Shown in pieces: positions 38,097 through 47,712 of a stretch of DNA of 64,000 nucleotides (position 1 is the stretch's first letter; the number at the start of each line of letters is the position of its first letter). The notes beneath the pieces are model-generated. The model saw only the letters and a list, made by a program, of their open reading frames with translations, was not told the DNA's origin and searched no databases. Location of the stretch: positions 6,034 through 70,033 of the forward strand of contig CAWVWE010000006.1 of assembly GCA_963933975.1 (NCBI GenBank). The letters run 5' to 3'. The DNA is from an uncultured Cryomorphaceae bacterium. Lineage in GTDB: Bacteria; Bacteroidota; Bacteroidia; Flavobacteriales; Schleiferiaceae. Made by a program: the position numbers and the translations under genes.

Positions 38097-38990
38097 ATGT
38101 CGATAAACAACGTAGTTTTTATAGGAAATACCGACAAACGATGTTTTGAAGAACGCTTTGCAGATAACGGAATGTCATTGTTTCTGAGTAGTGATACTAG
38201 AAATGCAATCAGTGATATTGAACTAAGTATACCATTTGGTGTAGTACAGTTTTATTTTGCTCTTGAAGGCCCCTTAAATTTTCACTTTGGTCCTCAATAT
38301 TCCAAACAGCTTTCTGAGGGTAATTATTATTTCATGTATAATCCTGAGAAGGAACTTGATTTTACAATCAAGACTGATAATGGTGCACGTTGGGTGGCTA
38401 TGTATACCACTATTGATGAACTACATGGTTTATTTGTTGATACAGGAAGCCTGTTACCCTTTTTAAAAGGAGAAAATGCCAATAAGCCCTTGTATGACGA
38501 GAAAGAACTTCTCTCTCAGGTGAAGTGGACTTTGGAAAGTCTTTTTACATCTGATCTTAGTCCCCAGTCTTTGAAAATATTTTCTCGTGGAAAAATATTT
38601 GAGGTTATTGCTTTGCACTTTGATCAGAAAAACGAGGCCAATGCAGCCTGTCCATTCCTACGAGACGAGACTATTAGATTAAAAATAAAACAAGCTAAGC
38701 AGGAGCTTGTAAATCGTATGACTGCTCCGCCCTCAATAGCTCAATTAGCGATAGAAGTGGGTATTAGTGAATATAAGCTCAAGAGTGGTTTTAAAGAAAT
38801 GTATGGTAATACTGTTGGGGGATACTTATTAGATTACAAGATGAATAGTGCGAAAACGCTTCTTGATCAAGGTCGTTCACAAGTTAGTGAGGTCGCTTAT
38901 GCGTTAGGATATGGAAGTGCTTCTCACTTCATATCGGCTTTTAAGAAAAAATATGGAATTACACCGAAAAAGTATGTTCAGCAATCATGA
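38097..38990 (+). CDS. AraC-family transcriptional regulator (PchR/YbtA-like architecture), translationally coupled to hemH
   Basis: The C-terminal double HTH shows IAQLAIEVGISEYKLKSGFKEMYG and VSEVAYALGYGSASHFISAFKKKYGITP. The stop overlaps the hemH ATG (ATGA at 38987-38990). Confidence 0.85.
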   Translation: MSINNVVFIGNTDKRCFEERFADNGMSLFLSSDTRNAISDIELSIPFGVVQFYFALEGPLNFHFGPQYSKQLSEGNYYFMYNPEKELDFTIKTDNGARWVAMYTTIDELHGLFVDTGSLLPFLKGENANKPLYDEKELLSQVKWTLESLFTSDLSPQSLKIFSRGKIFEVIALHFDQKNEANAACPFLRDETIRLKIKQAKQELVNRMTAPPSIAQLAIEVGISEYKLKSGFKEMYGNTVGGYLLDYKMNSAKTLLDQGRSQVSEVAYALGYGSASHFISAFKKKYGITPKKYVQQS

Positions 38991-40003
38991 GTAAAGTAGC
39001 GTTATTAATTAATTTGGGTTCGCCAAAAAGTCCTGGAGTTAAGGACGTCAAGGAATATTTAGGAGAGTTTTTAATGGATGATCATGTTATCGATGTTCCT
39101 AAAATCCCAAGATGGCTCCTTGTTAAGGGCATCATATTGAATGTACGCCCTAAGAAAAGCGCAGACGCCTACAAGAGCATTTGGTGGGACGAAGGTTCCC
39201 CGTTAATAACGCTTTCCGAACGATTAGTAAAAAAGGTGCGGGAACATAGTCTTTACGAAACATATTTGGCAATGCGTTATGCTGCGCCGAGTATTTCGAA
39301 TAAACTGAAAGAAATACACGACAAACACCCTGACTTAGAAGAGTTATATGTGGTTCCTTTATATCCGCATTTCGCTATGAGTTCATATGAATCTGTTGTT
39401 GACCGTGTCAAAGAGATTGTCGAAAAGGAATATCCGGGATTAAAACTAAAGTTTAAGAAACCCTGGTTTGATGAAGAAAGTTACATTCGGATTTTGACTA
39501 AGAGTATTTTTGAAGTATTGCCTAAGGATCACCACTTACTGTTTAGTTATCACGGTATCCCTGTTCGTCATTTGCGTAAAAGTGACTCTACATCATGTCA
39601 TTGCTATAAGCGTGAAAACTGCTGCACAACTCCCTCCGAAGCACATGGAACATGCTACAAACATCAGACTACAAAAACAACTGAACTTGTAGTGAAGGCT
39701 CTGGGGCTTGAAGAAAATCAATACAGCACGTCTTATCAAAGTCGTCTTGGTCGAGACCCTTGGATAGAACCCTATACAGCAGAACGTTTGGAGCAGTTCC
39801 CCAGTGAAGGAAAAGATAAACTAGCTATAGTTTGCCCTGCCTTTGTATCTGATTGTCTGGAGACTTTAGAGGAAATAAATATAGAAGGCAGGGAGGAGTT
39901 TTTAAGTTTCGGTGGAACATCTTTTGTTAGTATTCCGTGCCTTAACGATAGAAATGATTGGGCTCAACTTGTAGCTGAATGGATTAACAAGGGAGCGCTT
40001 TGA
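38987..40003 (+). CDS. hemH: Ferrochelatase
   Basis: It opens with ALLINLGSPKSP. PLYPHFAMSSYES, LFSYHGIP and CPAFVSDCLETLEEI are present. Confidence 0.92.
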   Translation: MSKVALLINLGSPKSPGVKDVKEYLGEFLMDDHVIDVPKIPRWLLVKGIILNVRPKKSADAYKSIWWDEGSPLITLSERLVKKVREHSLYETYLAMRYAAPSISNKLKEIHDKHPDLEELYVVPLYPHFAMSSYESVVDRVKEIVEKEYPGLKLKFKKPWFDEESYIRILTKSIFEVLPKDHHLLFSYHGIPVRHLRKSDSTSCHCYKRENCCTTPSEAHGTCYKHQTTKTTELVVKALGLEENQYSTSYQSRLGRDPWIEPYTAERLEQFPSEGKDKLAIVCPAFVSDCLETLEEINIEGREEFLSFGGTSFVSIPCLNDRNDWAQLVAEWINKGAL

Positions 40004-41259
40004 TGCCTGAGAAAATACCACTACTTATTCTTGGTTCTGGCGCAGCAGGAATGGGTGCGGCATGGAAAGCTAAAACGGCTGGAATCGAATTTAAGATTAT
40101 TGATGTTTCAGATCATGCCGGGGGAATGTTGCAGACAGAATATTTGCGCGGACACATTTTAGATCAAGGACCAAGCAGCTGTGTTCAGAGTCCTTTATTG
40201 CTAGAATTCTTAAGTTATCTCGGTATTTCAGATCAAGTTGTTACGGCTTCTGCAAAGGGTAAAAAAAGATATATATATCAGCGAAATGGAATTAAACCTG
40301 TTCTTGGGTTAAAAGATATATTCTTAGGAAATTGGATGTCTACTAAAGGTAAGCTTAGGCTTTTAATAGAGCCGTTCTGCAAAAAAGGCATCGCTAATGA
40401 TGAGACGGTTTATGATTTTCTGAAACGGAGAATAGGGGAAGAAGCGGTAAACAAGCTTGTAGACCCCGTGCTTGGTGGTATATATGCTGGAGACATCAAA
40501 AAACTAAGTGCATTAACGGTCTTAAAATCAATGAAGTTAGGTGAGCAACGCTATGGATCGCTGCTTAGGACAGTGCTTAACAATAAATCTTCTCCACGAA
40601 TTATAACTAATATTCAAGGTGGTTTCTCTTCTATTGGACATGCATTTGAGGCAAAGTTTAAAAATGAATGTATGCTCGGACACAAAGTAGAAGGAATAAC
40701 GTCTTTAAGCTCGGGATTCGAGGTCATAGTCAACGGCAAGCGGATTCTGTGCGAAAGAATTGTATCTACTCTACCAACTTATATTTTGGCAGATGTAATC
40801 TCCTCAGTCTCCTTGAAAACACACCTCAATAAACTATCGTATGCACCCTTATGCACAAGTTTTTACAGCTTGGACGGTGATTGTGACATTGCTGATTCAG
40901 CTTTTGGCATATTGATTCCATCGGAGTTAAAAAAGATAATTAAAGGTATATTATTCGTTAGCAATATTTTTCCAGGAAGATCAAATGATGGAGAAAGTAA
41001 TATAACCGTGTTTCACTCTAAATCTCCAAACGAAGAAGCCATTAATATTGAATTAGAGCAAATCTTAGGCAAGCAGCAAATTTCGTTATTGGCTCAACGG
41101 ACGTGGGAAAACGCTATTCCTCAATTTGAACTTGGATTCCAGGATTGGAAACGGCATCTAAAGGAAACAATTCCTGAGGGGTTGTTTCTTGCTGGAAATT
41201 ATCTAGGTAAGGTCGGAGTATCTGATGTCTTAGAAAGCGGTTATGACTTACGTTTATAA
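40003..41259 (+). CDS. hemY: FAD-dependent protoporphyrinogen oxidase (HemY/PgoX type)
   Basis: The N-terminal dinucleotide fold is LLILGSGAAGMGAAWKA, followed by GGML. At 419 aa it sits immediately after hemH (TGATG overlap). hemF in the same locus argues for the protoporphyrin-dependent branch. Confidence 0.75.
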   Translation: MPEKIPLLILGSGAAGMGAAWKAKTAGIEFKIIDVSDHAGGMLQTEYLRGHILDQGPSSCVQSPLLLEFLSYLGISDQVVTASAKGKKRYIYQRNGIKPVLGLKDIFLGNWMSTKGKLRLLIEPFCKKGIANDETVYDFLKRRIGEEAVNKLVDPVLGGIYAGDIKKLSALTVLKSMKLGEQRYGSLLRTVLNNKSSPRIITNIQGGFSSIGHAFEAKFKNECMLGHKVEGITSLSSGFEVIVNGKRILCERIVSTLPTYILADVISSVSLKTHLNKLSYAPLCTSFYSLDGDCDIADSAFGILIPSELKKIIKGILFVSNIFPGRSNDGESNITVFHSKSPNEEAINIELEQILGKQQISLLAQRTWENAIPQFELGFQDWKRHLKETIPEGLFLAGNYLGKVGVSDVLESGYDLRL

Positions 41260-42164
41260 CCGTAAAAACTGACAAAATAAACACCAGAGAAAATGGCAAT
41301 GCCTCCGATGAGCATATGAATATTCCATGATTCGCCTCCATAGTAAAGACTCAACAGACTAGCGAACAGCGGTTGCAAATAGATATAGGCACCTACGGTT
41401 GAGGGATGCAACGTCTTTAATGCGATAATATTTCCAAGGTAAGTAAGGAAGGTAGTTCCAATTATCACAAAGACTACAGCCCAAACAATAGAGCTGTCCC
41501 ATAGTGACCAATCGATCTCTAACAACTGAGGTCCTCCAAAAGGAAGCACAAAGAGTACCCCAAAAGTGAACACCCACCTGATAACAAACAAGGCGTTGTA
41601 TTTGGACATGAGAGGCTTGATTAATACCAAGTACACAGCGTAACTACTTGCGTTAATGAGCACGAAAAAGTTCCCCTTGGCAACATCACTTTCAAAGAGT
41701 CCGCTAAGGTCAAATCCAGCACCTGAAAAAATCAGCCAAAACGCCCCCAATGCCCCTAGTAGAATCCCCAATATCTTAGGCATTGTAATACGTTCTTTTA
41801 CCAATATTGCGCCAGCAACGAGCACTGCAATTGGTCCGCTTACCATCATGATTGAGGCATTTACTGGTGTTGTCATTTTTAGTCCTTCGAAAAAGAAGAG
41901 CATGTTAGTTGTGACCCCAAAGGCTGCGCAGGTGGCCAGAAGTAATCGGTCTTTGACAGGGATGCTGAGGAATCTATCTTTTCCAGAGAATGGACTCAAA
42001 GACCAAAAGAGCAGTGCCGCTCCGGTAACTCGAAATTGAATAAACGCTCTCGGGGGCACGGCACCTGTCATTGCGCCCTTGGCAATAAGAAAAGATGACC
42101 CGTAAATAATGGCGACTCCCAAAAGGGCAAAGTGTGCTATGAATAATGCGCGCGAAGAGCTCAT
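41241..42164 (-). CDS. EamA/DMT-superfamily transporter
   Basis: It has ten predicted TM helices in two EamA-like halves. Its 3' end overlaps the hemY 3' end by 19 nt. Confidence 0.75.
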   Translation of the reverse strand: MSSSRALFIAHFALLGVAIIYGSSFLIAKGAMTGAVPPRAFIQFRVTGAALLFWSLSPFSGKDRFLSIPVKDRLLLATCAAFGVTTNMLFFFEGLKMTTPVNASIMMVSGPIAVLVAGAILVKERITMPKILGILLGALGAFWLIFSGAGFDLSGLFESDVAKGNFFVLINASSYAVYLVLIKPLMSKYNALFVIRWVFTFGVLFVLPFGGPQLLEIDWSLWDSSIVWAVVFVIIGTTFLTYLGNIIALKTLHPSTVGAYIYLQPLFASLLSLYYGGESWNIHMLIGGIAIFSGVYFVSFYGYKRKS

Positions 42165-42514
42165 TTAGTGGCTAAGAAAGTACGTGCAGCGTCTACGACT
42201 TTTGTACTATTTCCAATGAAGATTTGGTCTTCAAAAACTAGAACAGGACGCTTTAAGAAGGTGTATTCACTAAGAATTAAACCACGGATGTCCTCCTCGC
42301 TTACGTTCCGTTCTTTCAATTTTAATTCTTTGTATTTGCGCGCACGTTTGCTAAAGAGTAACTCTGCGCTACCTGCCTGTGCAATCATAGCGTCCACTTG
42401 TGGAGGCGTCATAGGTACTGTTTTAATGTCCTGGAGTGATACCCCCTCTGTATTCCAAGAATTTAGAATGCGTTTACAGGTATCACATGTACTTAGGTAA
42501 AAGATGCGTTTCAT
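42161..42514 (-). CDS. ArsC/Spx/YffB-family thioredoxin-fold protein
   Basis: It is 117 aa. The N-terminus IFYLSTCDTCKR carries a redox Cys pair, followed by LFSKRARKYKEL and LKRPVLV. Confidence 0.7.
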   Translation of the reverse strand: MKRIFYLSTCDTCKRILNSWNTEGVSLQDIKTVPMTPPQVDAMIAQAGSAELLFSKRARKYKELKLKERNVSEEDIRGLILSEYTFLKRPVLVFEDQIFIGNSTKVVDAARTFLATK

Positions 42515-42523
42515 GGAATGGGA

Positions 42524-43846
42524 TTATTGTGCAAGCCAAGGGTATGGATCTTGAATATTAGCGTCTTTCCAAAGTCCAAACTGAACCATGGTTTTCCCTT
42601 CTTCATCCGTAAATGCTGTTCCGATAGGTTGCTTGAGGCTAATTGTGTCACCTGCCTTCACCTTCACCGAGACTAAGTTGCTGTAAACCGTGAAGTAGTT
42701 ACCGTGTCGGATAAGCACCATAACGTTAGCACCTGGAATAGGGACTACGGAACTTACCTCTCCTTCAAAACAGGCACGAACCACGGCATTATCTTCTGTC
42801 GTAATTTCTATATGAGGATTGTCCACGATGATACCTTTTACAACGGGATGGGGATGTTTGCCGAATTTACCTGTTACAATACCCCGCTCAACTGGCCAAG
42901 GGAGTGCACCTTTATTAGAGGCAAAGTTATTCGCAAGTGCTCGTGCTTCAGGTGTCATTGCAAAAGCGGGTCCGTCATCTCTAACATCCATCCCTTTTGC
43001 TTTTCGTGCTTTGTCAATAAGCTGAGTAATAGCCTTACTTGAGGTTCGTGAGCTATAGTCTTTCCCTTTTATGAGTCCCAGTTCTTTGGCTTCTTTTTCT
43101 AGTGCATTTCGCTCGGCACGCTCTTTTGCTTTGCGCATTTCTTCCGCTATGATACGTTTGATTTGCTTTTCTAATTGCTGGGCCTCTCGCTGTTTCTTAT
43201 TGATATCCTTTTTTAAGTCACTTTCTTTAGACTGAAGCGTCGCGACAGTGTTCTGTTGCTCTTGCGCATCAGTTAGCAATGCTATTTTCGCTTCTTTTTG
43301 AGCCTGTTGTACAGCAGTTTTTTCTATTTTCTTAGCGATGAGCATCTTTTTTTCACGTGCTAAGTTTTCTTGTGCCAGGTGAATTTGTCCAACTTGTTGT
43401 TCCCGGTAACGCGTCATGTCCTTGAAATACTGCAATCTTTTCGCTGCTTGAGCGAATGAATTGGAACTCAGAATGAACAACACTTGATCAGTAGGCTGCA
43501 AATTATGTTGTGCGAGCTGAATCAGTTTGGCGTAGTCTGACTTCAAAGAGTCTATCCGTATTTCAAGTGTTTTTATTTCGCGCTCTTTCACCGCCACCTC
43601 CCGATCAATTCCTCGAATTTGCCGCGACATATTCACGATCAATTTCTCTCGAGATTCTATTTTTTGATTCAGGGTTTGAAGCTCAGTGATACTGGCGTCT
43701 CTGTTGTTTTGTGTTTTCTTCAACAAGGTGTTGGCCAGGTCAATTTGATCTTGAAGCAGCACTTTTTGTCGCTGTAACTCCTCCTTCGTTTGCGCATTTA
43801 AGGCAATCGAGCAAATAAGGGCGATATAAAAGAGGAGCGCACGCAC
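42524..43846 (-). CDS. EnvC-like murein hydrolase activator (coiled coil plus degenerate M23/LytM domain)
   Basis: It has a signal peptide, ~250 aa of heptad-rich Q/K/E coiled coil, and a C-terminal LytM fold (VLIRHGNYFTVYSNL...G..I..KQPIG). The usual YxHL histidine is replaced by Asn. Confidence 0.75.
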   Translation of the reverse strand: MRALLFYIALICSIALNAQTKEELQRQKVLLQDQIDLANTLLKKTQNNRDASITELQTLNQKIESREKLIVNMSRQIRGIDREVAVKEREIKTLEIRIDSLKSDYAKLIQLAQHNLQPTDQVLFILSSNSFAQAAKRLQYFKDMTRYREQQVGQIHLAQENLAREKKMLIAKKIEKTAVQQAQKEAKIALLTDAQEQQNTVATLQSKESDLKKDINKKQREAQQLEKQIKRIIAEEMRKAKERAERNALEKEAKELGLIKGKDYSSRTSSKAITQLIDKARKAKGMDVRDDGPAFAMTPEARALANNFASNKGALPWPVERGIVTGKFGKHPHPVVKGIIVDNPHIEITTEDNAVVRACFEGEVSSVVPIPGANVMVLIRHGNYFTVYSNLVSVKVKAGDTISLKQPIGTAFTDEEGKTMVQFGLWKDANIQDPYPWLAQ

Positions 43847-44592
43847 TAGATATTAAAAGGGGTGTTATAAGGTCCCTCAGTGCGAATTTCAGTGATTTCT
43901 ATGAGTACACGGTATTCGGGTTTACTTTTCAGAGTAACCACCATTTCTGCAGGATATCCGGTTCTAACATCCACCTTTGTATAGTCGATGTTTACAACCT
44001 CATCCTTATCCTCTATAGTTACGTGCCGCATGCGTAAATCAGGATCAAGGGATACGGTTACCTTCCTTCCAAGAGAGAGAGAGTATTTAGTCACCCAGGT
44101 ATCCGAAGCATTGTGAAAACGATATCTCATCGCTGTCTCGGTTCCAATAAGCTGGCCACGAAGTAGTTTGTTTAAATATTCAAAAGGGATGTCAATACCG
44201 GTAATGGTGGCAAGGTCGGCAGCGGAGCCTGTCCACTCCATTCCTAATAGCGTTGAGGTGAATGCAGCACTGTCTCTGATAACAATAGCTTTTCCAACCC
44301 GTAATCCGATCATGTCATCACTTATTGCCGCCCAGAGAATACTGTCTTGCTTAGAACGAATTTGCACGCGAAACTGTTGCTCTCCGTCAGGCGTATTTGC
44401 TGATATCTTAGTAAAAGCTTGTGTCCAACTAAACTTGTCTTCAACTATTATTTTACGAGAAGTTCCTTCACCAATGTTTTCTCTGCGCAAAGGTTTTTCA
44501 GGTGAAATGGTTCGGCCACAATTGGACAATAGAAAAGCTCCCCCCAAGAAAAGGAATAACTTCCAAAAGCGATATGTAGTACCAATTTTCAA
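43846..44592 (-). CDS. Lipoprotein, DUF4292-like (LolB-fold family commonly found between the TPR and M23 genes)
   Basis: It has a lipobox (FLLSNC). Its size and its position between the TPR gene and the M23 gene are typical of Bacteroidota. The family name is recalled from context and was not verified. Confidence 0.5.
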   Translation of the reverse strand: MKIGTTYRFWKLFLFLGGAFLLSNCGRTISPEKPLRRENIGEGTSRKIIVEDKFSWTQAFTKISANTPDGEQQFRVQIRSKQDSILWAAISDDMIGLRVGKAIVIRDSAAFTSTLLGMEWTGSAADLATITGIDIPFEYLNKLLRGQLIGTETAMRYRFHNASDTWVTKYSLSLGRKVTVSLDPDLRMRHVTIEDKDEVVNIDYTKVDVRTGYPAEMVVTLKSKPEYRVLIEITEIRTEGPYNTPFNI

Positions 44593-46244
44593 CGTTCGTT
44601 TTTACCTTCTATCTCATTTGCTCTAGAACGGTACAGGACCGATTGCTCCTTATTTCCCAGCGCTTTTTCAATGGCTGCGGCATGGCGAAAAATTACGGCG
44701 TCAGGCTTCGTGCGAAGCAGCTGTAAAGCTAAGCCCATTTTAGTCTGAGCTTCACTGAACCGATTCATTTTATACAAGACCCATGCCCAAGTGTCAAGAA
44801 CAGTTGGGTCAAGTGCACTTTTATCATTGCTTTCCTCTACTAATTCAAGCGCATAGTGTAGTTTGACTCCTCGTTTCCCCAACTCCCAAGCGTAATTATT
44901 GAGGGTACCAGCATCACGATCGATGGACAGACTCAGCTCATAGTTTTTGATACCTTCCGAGACGCTGTCTAAGGCAAAATAAGAATGTGCTGCGAGGTCT
45001 AAGAGCCACTTTTTTGTGGAAGGAATTAGGCTCTTTTGAGCATGCTCAGCCGCTAACGGAGCACACCTTGCCCAGTCTTTCCACTGGTAGTAAGAAAAGA
45101 TCACATACTGTTGAATTTCCTCTTCTTGAGTATAATGTTCTTGTAGGTCATCCAGTACCTCTATGGCCAGTTCCTTTAGGTCCGCCTCTTCTGCTATGGC
45201 CAACAGTTGCTGGTAAACTTCAATGGCGTCTAAACCTTTTTCAATAGCACTACGATACGACAGAGCGCTCGCCTCAAGATCCCCCTCAAAAAGAAACTTT
45301 TCAGCTTCTAATAAATCCCATGCACCCTCACTGCCGTGTAAAATCTTAGTGTATTCCCAAGAACGATTGACCATGGAGATCATGCTAGAATCTTTCTTTG
45401 ACCCCTCCCATAAGCTAAGCAGAACAGGCGCTTTATCTTGAAGCGTAAGTCCTGGGTAGCGCAATGCCTTTTCTAAATAAATAATACTGCCTTCTAAATC
45501 CCCTTTTGACTGAAGTACTCGTGCCATTTCCATCGCAATTGGTGCGTTTTCAGGAAATTTGGATACGGCGCGCTTCAGCACCTTTATTGCTTTTTTGGAT
45601 TGCCCGTTTCCGTCATAGAATTGCCCTAACAGTCCTAGATATTCCACGCGTTGCGGCTGTGTCTCCGATGCAAGTCGTAGCACTTTTTCTGCACCTTTTA
45701 TATCATTCGCCTGCAGGTATAAGCCCATTTTTTGTTTTACCGTTTCGGGTGTCATTCCAAAAAGATTCTCTAAGCTTTCAAGAATTGAAATGGCCTCTTC
45801 CGTGAGGCCAGCGGCGCGGGCGCTTTGAAGGGACTCTTGCAGATATTCCAACTTATCTGGTCGTAGTTCCTGTAAGGTGCGGAACGATGCTAGCGCGGTC
45901 GTGAAATCACCTAATTGTCGGGCATTTTGCGCTTGCAAACGCCAGATCCATTCGTTGTCAGGATGGGCGATAGTGCCCCGCGCTAAAAGCTGCTGTGCAG
46001 CTAAATAATCAGCTTGTGCAAACATGATTCGCGCCAGCTGATAAAGTGCGGTTTCGTTCTCGGCGTCTTGTTTAAGCATGCGCTCATATGACTGCATGGC
46101 GAGCCCCGTGCGGCCGGTGATACGAAAGGTCTCCGCCTGGTAAAAAAGCTCCGTTAACACAGAAGGCCCCTCTTTCGAAGGGCCTTGCGCATGTGAGGTT
46201 GCTGTAAAAAACAACGCCAAAAGGGCAAGCAGCAGTTTTTGCAT
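44589..46244 (-). CDS. Secreted tetratricopeptide-repeat protein
   Basis: It has a signal peptide (LLALFFTATSHAQ) followed by many 34-aa A/L/Y-patterned TPR units. Confidence 0.75.
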   Translation of the reverse strand: MQKLLLALLALFFTATSHAQGPSKEGPSVLTELFYQAETFRITGRTGLAMQSYERMLKQDAENETALYQLARIMFAQADYLAAQQLLARGTIAHPDNEWIWRLQAQNARQLGDFTTALASFRTLQELRPDKLEYLQESLQSARAAGLTEEAISILESLENLFGMTPETVKQKMGLYLQANDIKGAEKVLRLASETQPQRVEYLGLLGQFYDGNGQSKKAIKVLKRAVSKFPENAPIAMEMARVLQSKGDLEGSIIYLEKALRYPGLTLQDKAPVLLSLWEGSKKDSSMISMVNRSWEYTKILHGSEGAWDLLEAEKFLFEGDLEASALSYRSAIEKGLDAIEVYQQLLAIAEEADLKELAIEVLDDLQEHYTQEEEIQQYVIFSYYQWKDWARCAPLAAEHAQKSLIPSTKKWLLDLAAHSYFALDSVSEGIKNYELSLSIDRDAGTLNNYAWELGKRGVKLHYALELVEESNDKSALDPTVLDTWAWVLYKMNRFSEAQTKMGLALQLLRTKPDAVIFRHAAAIEKALGNKEQSVLYRSRANEIEGKNER

Positions 46245-47251
46245 TAGTCCATCCTTGAATAATCCCCTAAAGATAGTGAAGTCCAGTTTCCGTCCACATG
46301 AGCTTGGTTACCGATCATACTATCATTTAACGTTATGTTTTTGATGGTTGAATGGGTCTGAATTAGTGAGCCTACGATGGTCGCGTTTTCAACAATACAA
46401 TGGTCACCTAAACTAACATTAGGACCGATTTTTGCGTTTTTCAAGACCACGTTTGAGCCTATAAAACAAGGCTCAATAATCTCTGAATTTTCAATGGTGA
46501 CATTTTCACCTCGAAGTTCTGGTAGGTTCTTTAAATAGCCTAACATCTTAGAGTTTGTCTCAACGGTAATGGCCTTGTTTCCACAATCCATCCAATCGTT
46601 AACCGTACCTGGCTTGAAGACTTTCCCCTGTTTGAGCATGCTACTTAGTGCATCAGTGAGTTGGTACTCTCCTTTGTCCATTATTTTGTTGTCAAGTATG
46701 TGCTTGAGTTCACTGCGCAGACCTGGACCATCTTTGAAATAGTAAATACCAATGATGGCGGAGTCGGAGACAAATTCTGTTGGCTTTTCAACGAAATTAT
46801 TGATGTTACCATGATCATCAAACTGAACCACGCCGTAGGCGTTAGGATTCTCTACCTGCTTTACCCAAATCACAGAGTCTGCAGTGGTATCTAAGGTAAA
46901 GTCCGCACGAAATAGGGTATCTGCAAAGGCCACCACAATTTCATCATCCATGCTGTCTGCCGCACAATGAATAGCATGGGCTGTACCTAAAGGTTTGTCT
47001 TGGTGGTATATACTGCCTTTCGCACCTAAGTTTTCGGCTACTTTTTTGAGATCCGCTTCTACTTCAGCGCCAAAGTCACCGATGATAAAGGCAATTTCAG
47101 TTACTTTTTTATCACCGCAAACAGCGACGATGTCTTCAACTAGGCGCTGAACAATTGGTTTTCCAGCGATAGGAATTAATGGCTTAGGTACCGTAAGTGT
47201 GTGTGGACGTAAACGTGAGCCACGACCGGCCATGGGAACAATAATCTTCAT
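46244..47251 (-). CDS. Sugar-phosphate nucleotidyltransferase with a C-terminal left-handed beta-helix domain
   Basis: It opens with IVPMAGRGSRLRPHTLTVPKPL, the NTP-transferase G-loop. The C-terminal hexapeptide repeats include IGSNVVLKNAKIGPNVSLGDHCIVENATI. Confidence 0.8.
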   Translation of the reverse strand: MKIIVPMAGRGSRLRPHTLTVPKPLIPIAGKPIVQRLVEDIVAVCGDKKVTEIAFIIGDFGAEVEADLKKVAENLGAKGSIYHQDKPLGTAHAIHCAADSMDDEIVVAFADTLFRADFTLDTTADSVIWVKQVENPNAYGVVQFDDHGNINNFVEKPTEFVSDSAIIGIYYFKDGPGLRSELKHILDNKIMDKGEYQLTDALSSMLKQGKVFKPGTVNDWMDCGNKAITVETNSKMLGYLKNLPELRGENVTIENSEIIEPCFIGSNVVLKNAKIGPNVSLGDHCIVENATIVGSLIQTHSTIKNITLNDSMIGNQAHVDGNWTSLSLGDYSRMD

Positions 47252-47277
47252 TCGATATTGGTTTGGTTGATTTTCTA

Positions 47278-47712
47278 TTAATGTTTTCCGGTGCTTCCAA
47301 ATCCTCCTTCTCCTCTCGAGGTGTCGTCTAGATCATCTACCGTGTCCCAAGTGAATTGGGTGTACTGTGCGACCACCATCTGTGCAACTCGCATGCCATC
47401 TTCTATAATGAAGGAGTCATTCCCGTGATTAATGAGCAAAACACCTACGTCACCACGGTAATCAGCATCAATTGTTCCGGGACTATTCAGAACCGTAATA
47501 CCATGTTTGTAAGCGAGACCAGAACGTGGTCTGATCTGGGCCTCATAACCATCTGGAAGGGCAAGCTTTATGCCTGTAGGAACCAATGCTCGCGCTCCTT
47601 TTTCAAGAACTATCGGCGCTTCTATATTAGCCCTTAGATCCATGCCAGCACTATGAGAAGTTTCAAACTGTGGCAATTCGTGTTTTCCGGTATAAATTAC
47701 TTTGATAGTCAT
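47278..47712 (-). CDS. dut: dUTP diphosphatase
   Basis: [32 protein letters not shown] and [11 protein letters not shown] are present. Confidence 0.93.
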   Translation of the reverse strand: MTIKVIYTGKHELPQFETSHSAGMDLRANIEAPIVLEKGARALVPTGIKLALPDGYEAQIRPRSGLAYKHGITVLNSPGTIDADYRGDVGVLLINHGNDSFIIEDGMRVAQMVVAQYTQFTWDTVDDLDDTSRGEGGFGSTGKH

